64,000 nt of DNA from Oculina patagonica (Eukaryota): positions 13,020,001-13,084,000 of the forward strand of contig NC_135761.1 in assembly GCF_052425735.1 (NCBI RefSeq), read 5' to 3'. The stretch's first letter is position 1; each line of letters starts with the position of its first letter. The notes beneath the pieces were generated by a model, which worked only from the letters and a program-made list of their open reading frames with translations, searched no databases and was not told the origin of the DNA. The position numbers were made by a program, and so were the translations under genes. This document shows, piece by piece, positions 1 to 13,211 of the stretch.

Positions 1-978
1 ACCATCTAGTTTTGGATAATTTCAATTGTTGTCGACAATCCAAGCGCATACTCGCGTACACGCTGTATCCGCAACTTAAACTCCCGTCAAAATCTTAAGT
101 AATTATCTGTGCTTTCTTCCAGAAACTCGTGCTGTGCCGAGGTCTTTAGCTCTATTCCCCAGCTATTCCGCAGCGCCAGATATCTGCTAGGGAGGTCAAA
201 GCCAACTTTGAAAAGGCCTTCTGGCAACTCGAACCAACACTTTGTGATGAGGAGAAAGAGTTAGCTGCAGCAACACTCCGGTCGGTCGCGCTGAATTACA
301 TCGAACAAAAAGGTCCAAGACCACCTAAGGCACTTGTGAGATCCATCAACCAACTGAAGAAACAAGACGATATCGTAATCACGAAACCGGACAAAAGGTC
401 AGGTGTCGTCGTCATGAACAAATCTGACTACGTTCGCTTGCTAAGCGAAGCCTCTATCAGTGATGAAACGAAATTTTAACCAGTTTCTTTCGAAAGACCT
501 AAGAAGAAGGGAAGACCACCAAAGCATTACCATCCGTTATTGGATAAAGAGAAACATCTTGATTCTATAGTCCGGAAAATTCTTCCAAAACACATTGCTG
601 ATACTGTCTGCCAATAAGGGTCCAGACTAGCACACCTATATGGTCTACCCAAGACGCATAAAGAGCGGCTGGCGATGAGACCAATTCTGTCTGCCACAGG
701 GACATATAACTACGCTCTTGCTAAATGGCTTGACGAGAAACTAAAACCCCTGTCCGTCAACAAGCATACCATCTCCGACGTGTTCCAGTTTGCCAAAGAG
801 ATCCGCGCGCTGGATTTTAACGAGGGCGATATTTTGGTATCGTATGATGTATCTGCGTTGTTCACGAATGTGCCTCTGGAAGAAACAATCCAGATTCTTG
901 CGAACAAGGCCTTCACCCGAAATTGGTTCAATGAGACACATAACCTGAACATCACTCAAGATGACCTTGTCGAGCTTA
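1..978 (+). mobile_element. Penelope-like element, degenerate reverse transcriptase fragment
   Basis: Motifs KPDKRSGVVVMNKSDY, LYGLPKTHK, RPILSATGTYNYALAKWL and LVSYDVSALFTNVPL (ORF 675-1004); in-frame stops upstream. Confidence 0.85.
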
Positions 979-1597
979 TGACTGTTAGAACATCCAAGTC
1001 TTAGTCAATACTTAATAATCACCATTAGCTTTAGTCGGTTTCTATGGTAATATTAATAATAATTGAAATAACAATAATTTGTAATACCTGCAAGCTCCAG
1101 AGAGGACAGAAATTTGCGACATATTTTTTGAAAGTCACAACTTGGCCGTCGGTCTGCAAATGATGCAGCTGTGTGAAAGAAAAATAATCAGTTAAAGATT
1201 CCGGCAAATCTGTTTTCTTGTGAGTGGCATTGTTTGGTCAGTACTAATATACTTTATAAGTTTAAAATATGGTTGTATCTGACCAAAAAAATGTTTAAAG
1301 TTATACTTAATTGTCGGCACCTTATAATATACTTTAATTGGCCAGTTTTAAAATTTTACTTACAGCTTATCACAAGTCCTATGGAAAATACACTTAGGGT
1401 GATGAAAATACCCGTTTACGAAAGTTATTTCAGTTTGTTGTTGAACAATTAAAATTTGGAACAGTTTTAAATATCTCTGCCAACATATTTTAAATCGCAA
1501 TTTGGTATCTTTTTCACGCTTCAGGAATCAAGTGAAAATTTAATAGTCCCGAGTGTAATTGTCATTTCCCCAATGAGCAAACGACAGCGTCCAAACT

Positions 1598-2008
1598 TTG
1601 AGTGTTAAGTTGCAAAAACTTCAAAACCGCGCTACAAGGATAATTTCGAAATCTAGCTATGATGCTTATACTCTTCCTGAGATTCTTGGATGGGATAGGG
1701 TCTCAGTTAGCCGAACAAAACGAAAGGCAGTTATCATGTTCAGAACACTAAACAAACTAAAGCTAACTAACGCCCCCATACATGCAAGATCTGTTCTCTG
1801 CTCGTGATTTTAACTACAGTATACGTAACTCTGAACACATTCTGCAAGTACTTAAACCAAGACCTAATTATCTTAAACGCAGTTATGGTTTATATTCCGG
1901 GGCTGTTCTTTGGAACGGGCTGCCATCTAAACTACGTAAGCCATTAACCCTTGCAAGCTTTAGAAAGGGAATTAATGACTTTTACTCCTCAACGGGCACC
2001 CACGTAAA
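1598..2008 (+). mobile_element. L2/CR1-type LINE ORF2 3' fragment
   Basis: KLQKLQNRATRII...LKPRPNYLKRSYG..SGAVLWNGLP, frameshifted. Confidence 0.8.
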
Positions 2009-2480
2009 ACAAAATTTTAATCACTTTTTACTGATGTTTCCATCGTGCTTAAATTAAGTATTGTCAATGTCAATTGTTTTGCACATATGCGAGATTATAA
2101 CTACAAGGACTTTTTACAAGTATCTTTCACGGAAGTGACAAACAGAATTGTGAGTAAAAATTGTTGTATTACAATACCATTAATTTTCGAGTTCAAGATT
2201 TTCGAGAGCTTTTTCGGAACGTATCAAGTTATATTTTTGTTTGTTTGTTATAGTTTGACTATTGAGTACGATAATAAACTCGTTCCAGTGCAGAAATTAA
2301 AGAGTCGCCATTTCTCGTATAGCTGCGTGGAGTTACTTCTAATATCTCACCCTCGAACCGGCACAGTGTTCGAAGATTTTGATCTTAAAATCCATTGCCT
2401 AAATATCCAAATATGAAGTTCTAATAATTTCCTAAGTTCAGGAGGCTCTCAGGAGGTTGACCCTCATCCTGTCAGTTTGT

Positions 2481-2702
2481 AAACAGCGTTTTTCTTTCAG
2501 CAAGTTCATTTTAACACTGTCTTGTTCTATAAAAAAGGTGCTATCTTCATCGAAAATGTTCAGACACTTAAAGTATGGGCATTAAAGCATCAAACAGCGT
2601 TTTTCTTTCAGCAAGTTCATTTTAACACTGTCTTGTTCTATAAAAAAGGTACTATCTTCATCGAAAATGTTCAGACACTTAAAGTATGGGCATTGAAGCA
2701 TC
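2481..2702. repeat. 111-bp tandem duplication (2 copies)
   Basis: aaacagcgtttttctttcagcaag... at 2481 and 2592; single copy in the partner arm near 49595-49680. Confidence 0.9.
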
Positions 2703-2918
2703 AACAATCTGTTCTCTTAACCCTTTCCCTAAACACTCCCTATCCCTACCCCGCCAAGCCTGGTTAATGTTGTTTTGTCGGTTAAAAATGCCAGACAAAA
2801 TGTCAACACCCTCAAGCAACACTGAGCAGGAAAGAGTTGTCGTGTTGGTCATTTGTCTCAGTTATATGTAGTTCTGAGGACTGTTGGTCTAAATGATTGA
2901 TTAGGTCGTAAAAACAAT

Positions 2919-3046
2919 TCAAAAATCTACCAAAAAAGACACTAAGCATGACTTGCCATAAAACTGGTTTTCAAGTACATCAATAATCTCTTCCATATCT
3001 GGTCTCCATGCAGGCGTGGGTCGCAGGCATGGGTTTATCAGGCGGG
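2919..3046 (-). CDS. Kinase copy A, 3' end of last exon (cut by the gap)
   Basis: Minus-strand translation RLINPCLRPTPAWRPDMEEIIDVLENQFYGKSCLVSFLVDF*, homologous to the last exon of copy F; not in the ORF track. Confidence 0.85.
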
Positions 3047-3546
3047 NNNNNNNNNNNNNNNNNNNNNNNNNNNNNNNNNNNNNNNNNNNNNNNNNNNNNN
3101 NNNNNNNNNNNNNNNNNNNNNNNNNNNNNNNNNNNNNNNNNNNNNNNNNNNNNNNNNNNNNNNNNNNNNNNNNNNNNNNNNNNNNNNNNNNNNNNNNNNN
3201 NNNNNNNNNNNNNNNNNNNNNNNNNNNNNNNNNNNNNNNNNNNNNNNNNNNNNNNNNNNNNNNNNNNNNNNNNNNNNNNNNNNNNNNNNNNNNNNNNNNN
3301 NNNNNNNNNNNNNNNNNNNNNNNNNNNNNNNNNNNNNNNNNNNNNNNNNNNNNNNNNNNNNNNNNNNNNNNNNNNNNNNNNNNNNNNNNNNNNNNNNNNN
3401 NNNNNNNNNNNNNNNNNNNNNNNNNNNNNNNNNNNNNNNNNNNNNNNNNNNNNNNNNNNNNNNNNNNNNNNNNNNNNNNNNNNNNNNNNNNNNNNNNNNN
3501 NNNNNNNNNNNNNNNNNNNNNNNNNNNNNNNNNNNNNNNNNNNNNN
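3047..3546. other. Assembly gap (500 N)
   Basis: Run of n. Confidence 1.
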
Positions 3547-3955
3547 ATAAAAAAGCAGTTGGGTTCAAATGGTAAAATTTTTTGCTGTTTCTAAAGTTTA
3601 TCTTCGCTAAGATCTAGACTTCCCACAGTGAAGCGAGTTCGATTCCGCAAAGCGGCCCGGCTAGTGAGCGACGGAGTCGCGAAAACGAGCGACGCAAGTC
3701 GCGAGAGGTCGACCCTCGTTCCTGCGTGTCAAATTAAAACGAAGAACTTTGTCTAAAGTCTAGCTTGAGTCTAGCTGAGATCACTTACCACAGCAAAACT
3801 GATGGCGAAATGATGTCAAGATGCTGCAGTCCCGTTCTTGAAATTGAATTTTACGTTATCATTACTGATCTTTCCGAGTTTTTGCATAATTTCGCTTTGT
3901 TTTGTTTATTCACTTGACTTTACTAAAACGTATGTTTGAGTATATCCTCTTTCCA

Positions 3956-4269
3956 CAGGGTGGAAAAGGGGGTCTTAAACGCGAATCACGAGCCAATTTT
4001 TTTTTACAAATCACGAATCACGTATATTTTTTTACCATTTCTCGAATTACGTTTTTGGGTATTCATCATTAAAGAAAATGAGCTTTAACTGATTAGTTAA
4101 TTCGTGTCGCATTTACCTTTCATTAGCCAAGTAGCAAAACTGATCTTTCATGCGAGTTCACAGTGTAAGACAAGACCTAAAATGCATAAATCGAGCCAAA
4201 AGAACGCGTCCTTATACAATGTCAGTCTTTGGCTAATCACGCGTCACGCATAACCCCTTTACCACCCTG
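3956..4269. mobile_element. MITE with CAGGGTGG termini and 6-bp TSD (tttcca)
   Basis: cagggtggaaaagggg ... cccctttaccaccctg flanked by tttcca; a terminal fragment of the same family lies at ~42891-42925. Confidence 0.75.
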
Positions 4270-4601
4270 TTTCCATCATCACAGTGATGAAGAGAAGACC
4301 AGAAACCATTAGAAATACGAGCCGTCAGGGAGTGTTTTCTTCATAAACACTCCCAAAGAGAAAATTATTTTCCAATCAATTAAATAGACAGAAGAGCCAA
4401 GATATCAAGCGAAAGAATTGACTGTAGAAGCGGATGTACAGAAAAGAAAAATTGATTAACAGCGGGGGCAACCTAGTGTCAACTATTTCTAGTTAGATTT
4501 ATAGTTACAGATTTCTTTTAAATTTGCAAAGTCCTAATATATAATGCTGTTATCCTACGGTATTGTAATCTCTTCTTACTTTTGTTATTATTCTAATAAA
4601 G

Positions 4602-4757
4602 TAAGCAAGCAAGCAACTAACTAACTGGCTAACTTACTGGCTGACTGAGTGACTGAGCAACTGGCTGGCTGGCTGGCTGGCTGGCTGACTGACGACTGAC
4701 TGGCTGTCTGACTGGCTGGCTGGCTGGCTGGTGGCTGACTGACTGACTGACTGGCTG
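4602..4757. repeat. Compound tetranucleotide microsatellite (AAGC/ACTA/GCTG/ACTG)
   Basis: Direct reading. Confidence 0.9.
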
Positions 4758-5049
4758 AATAATTATATAAATGAATGAATTACATTTATATTTACATTAT
4801 ATCAGTCATTCCAATAAACAGTAACTTCAAACAATGTACTTTAAAACAGAACGGTCTTTATGTGTGTTTTCAATAAAATGACTTTTTAAGTGTGAAAAAA
4901 TGAATAACTTTATTTAAGTGTCAGGGTATAGGTGTTTAGCTTATAGAAGCTTATTGAGGACACTCTTCTACTTTACAACAAATGAAAACTTACAATAGTT
5001 TACTATATTAAATTTAGGAGAAGTTAATTAGAATAAATCTTTTGAAAGC

Positions 5050-5525
5050 AGTTTCTAAAATTACAAATACAGTCTAGTAGTGAATAAATTAAGTGTCAGA
5101 CGTAGTACATATGGGGCAATTAGAACACCGGTCCTTGATTAGAACAATGAAGTCTTTATCTCTTATACTGTTTCTAAAATTGCCGATCGTCAGTCTTTCT
5201 TGAGGAAGGAAGCTACAGTTTCGATATGTGTTCCATTGAAATATATCTAGTGGTCGTCAGCGTACATGAACAAATTGCTAGCATGCACATTTAGGGATAA
5301 ATCATTTTCGAACAGGTTCTAGAACAGCTGTCCAAACGATGAGCCTTGAGGGCGGCCCCTTGACTGGTTTTTCAATGAACTAGTCACACCATTAATTTAG
5401 ACTCCTTGACAACAGAAACATCGCCATTAGCTCAAGAGATGTTTGAGAAAACCCATACGCCTCAAGTTTCTGTATCATGACAGCATGATGTAGAGAGTCG
5501 AAAGCCTTGCTCATGTCCGTTCGCA
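5050..5525 (-). mobile_element. Degenerate L2/CR1-type RT fragment
   Basis: TDMSKAFDSLHHAVMIQKLEAYGF (ORF 5392-5637); degenerate QGSxLG and MYADD motifs further along the minus strand. Confidence 0.7.
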
Positions 5526-7866
5526 CGTATATTTTGTCCGTTGGAAACAGTTCGTTTGTAGTACCTATTTGCTCAAAATTGCTGCAGCTCCTTCTCTGGA
5601 AAGAAATTTGGAAAGACTCATCCCTGCTGAAGACCAAACACTTACCCGTTCATACCATTTTAACAAAAATGGTAACCGTTTCGTTTACCTCCGATAGAAA
5701 GTGAAACCATTTTACATACCTACGGTCACCTACGGCAGGGATGCTGCATCTTTTTTTCTTAATTTTTAACATGAACAACCCATTCAAATACTTAAATGAA
5801 AGGACCGTTAGGCAGAACCCCGGTAACTCGAACTCTCCCGCTAACTCGAACTTAGTGCAAATTCCCTTGGATTTGTGCTCATTTTTTAGTCATTTTCACT
5901 CGGTTAACTCGAACTGTGATAACTCGAATTCCCCGCTAACTCGAACTAAATCTTGCTTCCCTTGATCATAATTTACCTTGATGACTCGAATTCTGGTCCT
6001 TGCAACTCGCCACGGAAGCTCATTGAAATATCCCATTAGCTCTTCTTGTCGTGTAATCGTATTTAAATGCTTAAGCTGACACTGCAGCAACTTGATTTTA
6101 ATTAACTGCGCACGCAGTTCATGTTCTGCACTTACTTTTTTTTTTTAGCTGCGCTGCGCAGTTCTTGCTCTGCGCGACCTTTTTTTTTTTTTTTTCTCAG
6201 TGACCAGACTGATGCCCCCGCTCGGCCAGGCTGGGGTCACGCAAGGTTTAAAAGCTAGAAAACACTTACTAATGGGAAATTTTCAAATGCTTTGGACTTA
6301 ATAAGCATGTTTAGCGTGAGATGCCCGATTTTGAAGCGTTTTATTCAAAGGAAATTCTAAATTTTCATGCGTCGAAAGAAAAATATATTTCAGCGGGCCA
6401 GAATCTGTGAATAAATACTATTACGTTGCTGTAAAAGAATGTGCTGACAGGACAAGTTTCACCACAGGTAGCCAAAGCTTAAGATACGACTGAAAATAAA
6501 TAAAATGATCTGAAACTTAATAAAATGATCTGAAATTATCAACGGCTTATTGTTTTATCTATCTTCTATTACATATTCATGTGAGCTTTGTTCTACGAGT
6601 GAAAATTAGCATAATATATGCTAATACTAAAATTGCTCTCAACTAGCAAAGCGAAGCGAAAGGTCGCACACTTGAGCCGTCAGAATGCCGACCCGTGTTC
6701 ACAAAATGAGCTGTAATTCTCAAAGTTTGCCATTTCTCACCCAAAACGCCTCAAATTCATAGGCTACGATAATCATCCTGAAAATACATACCGAAAAATT
6801 GCCCAATGTTACATCCTTTCCCCGTTAAAATGACATTATTTCAGTGGTAAACCTCAACGAACCATCCGTGGCCCGAGCTCTTCTGCATTTAATCATATGC
6901 AATTTGGAACAACAAAAGCCACTTTCTAGGGGAGGTGTATGGAATTTTGTTTGTTTACTTCTCATCCCTGAGCTCATGAATATGAGGTCATCATGTGTTG
7001 CACGAGACATTCCGTACACCTCCCCTAGAAAGTGGCTTTTGTGGTTCCAAATTGCATTTTTTAAACTTATTTTGACCACTCTTCCAATATGTACTGTGTT
7101 AGGCCTTATAGTTCTAGAATTGGTATTTTTTCATTTATCCCCACCCCCGACTCATCGTGGGAATAAAGACCTTCAGCCACGCCCAGCTGATATACCGTTT
7201 GCAGAAACCTTGCTGAAAAAATGGCACTTGTTTTCTTAAAACGTGTACGTTGTCGCGATTGCGGATAGCGGACAGCGACTGTGAAATTGTAATATTGAGG
7301 GTGCAATCATTGCGGGAAGGATTTTACTCTGAACGGTCAACAAGTAAAATTACTGCCAAATAAAAGTAAAATTATTGCAAAATTTCGAAAACCTGTGAAC
7401 AGGGTGCTTTTCACAAGGTCCTGTGAAAATTGTAACCTATTTACTCGATCATGTTAAAGTTCTGGCATGTCAAATTGAGGGTTTGCATTCTGACCCTTTT
7501 TGATTACGGTCGATCACTTCAAGAATTCGTATGCACAATGCTAATACGCTTAATCCAGTAACCGGAATCCTTCGATGTTGTTGACAAGCTTTATTCCAAC
7601 GTCCATTCGATTTCTTTCGATCGTCGTTGTGATGCTGTCACTTCAGAGAACTAAAAAACGTAAAAGATCACAGAAGATCATTTTACAAATTTGCATACAC
7701 AATGTAAACTAATAAAGGTGTCTTTAAATAGGTATTTCAGGCATTTTTAATAATTTTCTTTTGACTGGCATGCTAAGAAACGACCTTCGCACCAGATTGC
7801 TCGACGGCCTGTCTTCGACACTACATTTATATTACTAAATTAAATGTTACTAGAGAAAAAACACAG

Positions 7867-8058
7867 ATCATCCACCGCGATATAAGTAGTGCTAATGTAC
7901 TGCTACGGCGACAGGGTGACCAATGGAGAGGCAAAGTGTCAGATTATGGCACTGCTAATGTTGTCCGCCAATACACGAGAGACGATCCTGGAGCTGTGAT
8001 TTACTGCGCACCTGAGGCCATTAGTGGAGCCCAAGATCAAATCATCAGTTGTATTAAG
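7867..8058 (+). pseudogene. Kinase copy B, 5'-truncated main exon (catalytic loop onward)
   Basis: IIHRDISSANVLLRRQGDQWRGKVSDYGTANVVRQYTRDDPGAVIYCAPE..ISCIK|gt; no N-lobe or coiled coil upstream. Confidence 0.8.
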
Positions 8059-8712
8059 GTTAGCTTGGCCAAAGCAGTTAAAACCATAAAAAGAAAAATA
8101 ATTAAGGGATGGTTTGAAACTGGGAAATAAATGACTCTCTCTTAACGTGCGCGGGACACGTATGCTTTGGTAGCAAAAATTGCCTCAAGGAAGCAGAGAC
8201 GTTACATTGAAAGCACTAATTTTCATCTTTACGCGAAACATCATATGATTCGCTTCCGAGACGTATTTCTTTCCCACCCATGTAATCTAGAAAATATTGT
8301 TACCGCAATGTTTCCGCAACATTGCTCTGTGGTTTAACCTGGCCGTGGTTTCACTTGGCTTGGTGGTATCTGTAATATGAGTGGGATGATTTCATTAATA
8401 GACTAATACAGTGGAACGAAAATTGGTTTGTGAAATTGGGGGTAAAATTGCAGTATTTGACACAGGAAAGGGAAACGACTTTTGCATCGAGTTATCGAGA
8501 GGTTCAAAAAATCGAGGGTTCGAAAAAAAGCTTTTCTCGTGTTCTCCCAATATTCCAATCCGACCTTAATCTTATATGTCTTGCTGTTTTTTGCGGTTTG
8601 CAATTCGCTGGTCCTAACTAAACTGCGTTCTAGCCTGGTCTATAGTCAATACAATATAAGTTTCTGGTGATGAATCATATCGTAACTAGTGAAATGTTCT
8701 GTTATATATCAG

Positions 8713-8904
8713 GTCGATGTCTTCAGTTTTGGTGTCCTCCTCTGTGAGATGTGCATCCACGAATTGCCAGATCCCCAACAGCGTGAGATGCAAATATCCC
8801 GTATGATGAACCAGCGCGTGTTTAAAGGGATCGTTGAACGTTGTCTTTATATAGAGCCTGGAATGAGACCAAATATGGAAGAGATTATTGATGAACTCGA
8901 GTAG
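8713..8904 (+). pseudogene. Kinase copy B, last exon
   Basis: ag|VDVFSFGVLLCEMCIHELPDPQQREMQ...RPNMEEIIDELE*. Confidence 0.8.
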
Positions 8905-9516
8905 TTTGTAGCTCCTAGTACTGAATTGTTTTTGTGTACGGTTGGTATCATTCTAAATATTTAAGGGAATTATCATGTGGTAGTTAATACAAGGACGAAA
9001 GCATGAAAAATTGCCGTGGTGGCTTTAGGCTGAATCGATCTCATAAATGCAATTAATATCGACTGTGTCTAAAAAAACATGGGTGGGATATTCATGTTAT
9101 ACGAGGAAACGTGTACAAATAATGATACGCGGTTTAAATTTTTTCGAAGATCTTTCAGACCTGTTTAATAAATTTTCCAAATTGTTCCATCATTGGCCAG
9201 CGATGTCTTCTGATTACTAAAATCCGCCGAAAGTGATTCAAACTTTTTCAATCATTTCGGAACATTTTTAAACTACTAAAGGCGTAAGGAGATTTCCATC
9301 GACGATCCCAAGATGTATGAACTACATATATTTCAAACCATTTGATTAATTTACCAAACAAATGCCGTGACGAACTTGATTTTCACATGAGGTACGGCCG
9401 ATTGATCGGTTGGATCCTTCGTGGCATGGAGCAAATTGTTGTGTTTTTGTCTTTTTTATGTTTGTGCTCAAATTTGACAATTTTGTTTCGCAAAAGCCAA
9501 CTGTAATAAGCTAAAA

Positions 9517-9655
9517 GAGACCGGTTTCGATATATTAAAATCCTTACTTGGCTCCGAGGCTCGGGGGATAAAGCAAAAGATATAACAAGGTTAAGGGATG
9601 AAAAATTCATTTCTTTTGTTCAAGTAAGAATTTCAATATGTCGAAATTGGACTAT
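9517..9655. mobile_element. Short degenerate MITE
   Basis: Imperfect inverted ends agaccggtttcgatatattaaaat / atttcaatatgtcgaaattggact; absent from the paralogous flanks near 19990 and 40925. Confidence 0.55.
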
Positions 9656-11242
9656 TCAAAATTTCCTGGGTGGTAGTTTGTAGCATCATTTGGGCTTTTT
9701 GGAAACGATTTCGGAACGATAGTCGAGTGCTATACCACAATTAAGTGAAATGTTTTGTTTAGTATTTCCTTTCTTAAAGGTGTATATTAATTAATTATTT
9801 TACTAGCTATATAATCGATCAATTAATTAATTAATTAATTAATTAATTATTTAATTAATCAAGGAGCCAATCGCAATATGAGTTATTATTTTCAGTACAC
9901 TGTTTTTGCATCAAGTTGTTAGCACGCCTTATGTTGACACCATAGATTCTTGTACAAACTTCTAATAAGAAATCGATTTTATATCCAAGATGAATTCGAA
10001 TACAAACGACAATCTGAATAAACTGCTATTGGGCCCAATTCTTGTCTTCTCTTTGAAGTCTTAAAGGAGATCCAGTTGAATTAAGTCCACTGAGACTGGC
10101 TTCACTGTGTACATCACTTCCCTCTTCTCGCAGCCAAGTGGTGCTCTCCAGAGCTTATTGCCCCTGGCCTGTTATTTGGGTCGTGACTGGATAGGATTGC
10201 GTGACAACCCAAATAAATGCTGCACGAGGGAGACCACAAGATAAGGCATAGTATTCAAAATGCGCACGCTTATTGCGCAAAACAATACCTATGGTGTACA
10301 AAACGCAGTTTTTGAAGATCGCACATCATCATCATGTTCTGATAAGAAATTTAGCTTATCGTGGTTTATAAACTCTGTAACATGCTGTAAACTCCCCGTC
10401 TAATCTTCGACCCAAACCCAAAATCATAACCAAATAGTTAATGTAGCCGTCGCTAAACGAAAAACAATTGAACAAACACAGAGAACGAAAGCCGTAAAAT
10501 TTCTGCCGGACATTTGAACGGAATCAGTGAACGATCGTACGACATGAAGTGTTTCATGGCAACAAGAAACCAGAACGCAACCGCTGATCTTATGAGAAAA
10601 TAGCATATTGTAGGAAGATCATATTGCATTGAATCGAATTGAGCAAATATCGCATACCGTATTACGCGTGGAGATTTGCGGAAATACACACAGTAGAAAG
10701 TGGCAGTATTTCGCTGCTTTGCTACGTTTCTACTTACGACTTACTTGTATGTAAATACAGACAGCTCTTCTAGAGGACAAAATCGTCAAAGAGAGGCGAG
10801 GTGAGTGGCCTGTTCAGCAATATTTACACAAATTGCCAGCTACTTTTGGAGAGCACTCACTCAAGGAAAATTCGAACTTTGGAGCAGGTAATAAATTAGT
10901 AATAATACGTAACTCTTAAAACAGACAAGTAGTAACCAAGTATATCTTGTTTCGTAAACATTACGCACTGACAAAACGTGGAACTATAATAAAGCTAAAT
11001 AAACTGGCCGGAGTAGAGATTAATAATACATGGTTGGCAACCGATCAATTGCTTGAGACGACTTCTGTTTATTAAGTATTGACAATATAAATTACTCAGT
11101 AAAGTTGTTGATATATTGCACGAAATGTGGCACTGATGTAATTAATTTGCACAATTCTAATCATTTACTGTAATGTGTTGTAATGTGTGTGTTGAAGTGT
11201 GCGCGCGTCCCAAATGCGAGCGCGGTTGTGAGTGTGATAAAG

Positions 11243-11261
11243 CCGGAAGAGTTTCACTTTC
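11243..11261 (+). promoter_or_regulatory. ETS core + ISRE/IRF-like element in the 5' flank of kinase C
   Basis: CCGGAAG-AGTTTCACTTTC matches AGTTTCnnTTTC; related motifs at 20972-20998, 26328-26348 and 43914-43936. Confidence 0.4.
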
Positions 11262-12099
11262 ACTGCCAAGTACTCAGCGCGTTCCTTCTCGCGATGAAGT
11301 TAGGAAATGGGCAAGCTGAATTGAAACATTTCGCTTCTATTGTGAACCAGCTCCACTGAGCAAGAAAAGAAAACCCAATCTCGCTTCCTTCAGATTTATT
11401 TGACGTACTCTAGACGAAAACAAAAGAAAGCGAAACGTGATCATATTTTGACGTGCAAAGTTCATGACTGAATCCTACTGATGTTCAAAAGACGAATGTC
11501 ATTGTACACTGCATGTAGCATGTCTCCTATTTCGTCTAGATCCCGGATCCCGATATGAAGGAGACAGTTAATTTTGTTTCCCGAGAATCTCAACAAAAAT
11601 AGCTGGTTTCCCGAGGGACAATTCGTTAAGTGATTTGTTATATAGCACATCGAAGACTTCAGAAGAACAGCGCGAACAACATTCGCTGGTAACAAACAGT
11701 TTGATAGTTGGATGTCATGTGACCTCAAAGTAGAGAGAGCGCGCGCTGTTGCGCTGTTTTGTAGTATTCATTCTGAATCCAAACTGAACTTTTCTATTTA
11801 GTCTGGTGTTTTTTTCTAAGTCCTTTATGGCAATTAAAGAACAACTGTGCAATGAACAAGTTCAAAATTTTACAGTTTTGCCCTTTTAAACTTAGCATGC
11901 CAAGCTTGTGGTGTGACCATCGTAGCATTTGTAATTCCCAGTACCCTTTACGAGACGCGCCTGTGGGAAACATGGTAGTTATTTTCGATAGTATAAGGCT
12001 TCGTGCTTCTAACAGGGGGAAGTTGTCGTTATCCAATATAAGGGTTTGTATGGAAATTAAACGGGCATATTTTAACTTTTGGGTAAGACAACAATGTTA

Positions 12100-12819
12100 G
12101 GGACGGACCATTAGAAATAACCGGAGGAGGGGTAAAACATTTTCGGTGCAGGAATTTTTTTGAAGGCCTACTTGTCTGCAGGAATTTTTTTCTGGGGCAC
12201 AAGCTTTGCACGAATTTTTCGCCCAAAGATGCAGGTCTTTTTGTAACGCATCTATGATTTGCGTAACAATTATCATTAAAAAATAGTATTACTGTTTCAT
12301 TTTTCAGATTCGTTCTCTGAATTAAGCGACATTTAGGGATCGTTCATTTTTTATGGAGTAGGGGGCTGAAGGGATTTGATAGATAGTGCCTGTTAAATAT
12401 AATTCCCCCCCCCTCCTTATTAGAAATTTTTACCCTGGTCCCTCAACAAAAAAGATGAAAAAGATGACAGCTAAAACTTATCAAGCTAAACTTTAAAATA
12501 TCAGACAAAATTGCAGTTTAAAGTGATAATAATAATACTGTGCTTTTGATTAACTGTTTACTGATGGGGCGCGATTGTTAGGGTGGGTCAGGTGTGTTTG
12601 CAACCAAATAGTTGATAGTATTGAGCTGATGCTGTTCTCTCGGTACATGACGTTTATACATGCCATCATACAACACTTACAGGTAATTCGGTTGCACGAA
12701 TTTTTTTTCAGGTACAACCGCTTGCAGGATTTTTTTTCGACAAGTTTCTCTTGCAGACATGTTTTTTTTTTGGTAAAAGTCACCCCCCCCCCCTCCGGTT
12801 ATTTCTAATGGTCCGTCCC
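12100..12819. mobile_element. MITE, PIF/Harbinger-like (TTA TSD)
   Basis: TIRs gggacggaccattagaaataaccggagg / cctccggttatttctaatggtccgtccc flanked by TTA. Confidence 0.85.
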
Positions 12820-13211
12820 TTAGGCACCAAGTCTGAATAACTGTTGGCATTTGCTGATATTTACTTTTTGATACTTACTTATTCGTCATGTGTGTGGCAT
12901 GAGTGTTCAGTGTCAAACTATTTTTTTTAACTGCGTTTATTTTCCTTTCTACCATGACAAGGTTTAAAAAAAACGAAGAACGAAACCGAAGATCAGAAAA
13001 AGGATTACAACAACAAAACTGAACAACATCAACAGTACATCGGGGGCATACACCTAAAGTAAAGTGGGAAATAAGAAAGTGAGGAATCCCAAGTGATAAT
13101 TTTATACTGAGGAGTACATGCAAAGTAGAAAGGAACAAGAATATACTACGTTTCAAGAATTTGTCTCTGGAAGATAAGAAATTAAGCGGATTTCGGGAAT
13201 ACTTGAACGAG

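Larger units (their letters stand above)
978..3046 (-). repeat. Left arm of an inverted segmental duplication (partner ~49067-51500)
   Basis: Collinear reverse-complement matches throughout, e.g. 1071-1260 vs 51210-51395, 2206-2272 vs 49878-49945, 2670-2826 vs 49470-49625. Confidence 0.9.

Noticed and set aside
3008-3594. ORFs spanning the N run
   Set aside because: Artefacts of the assembly gap
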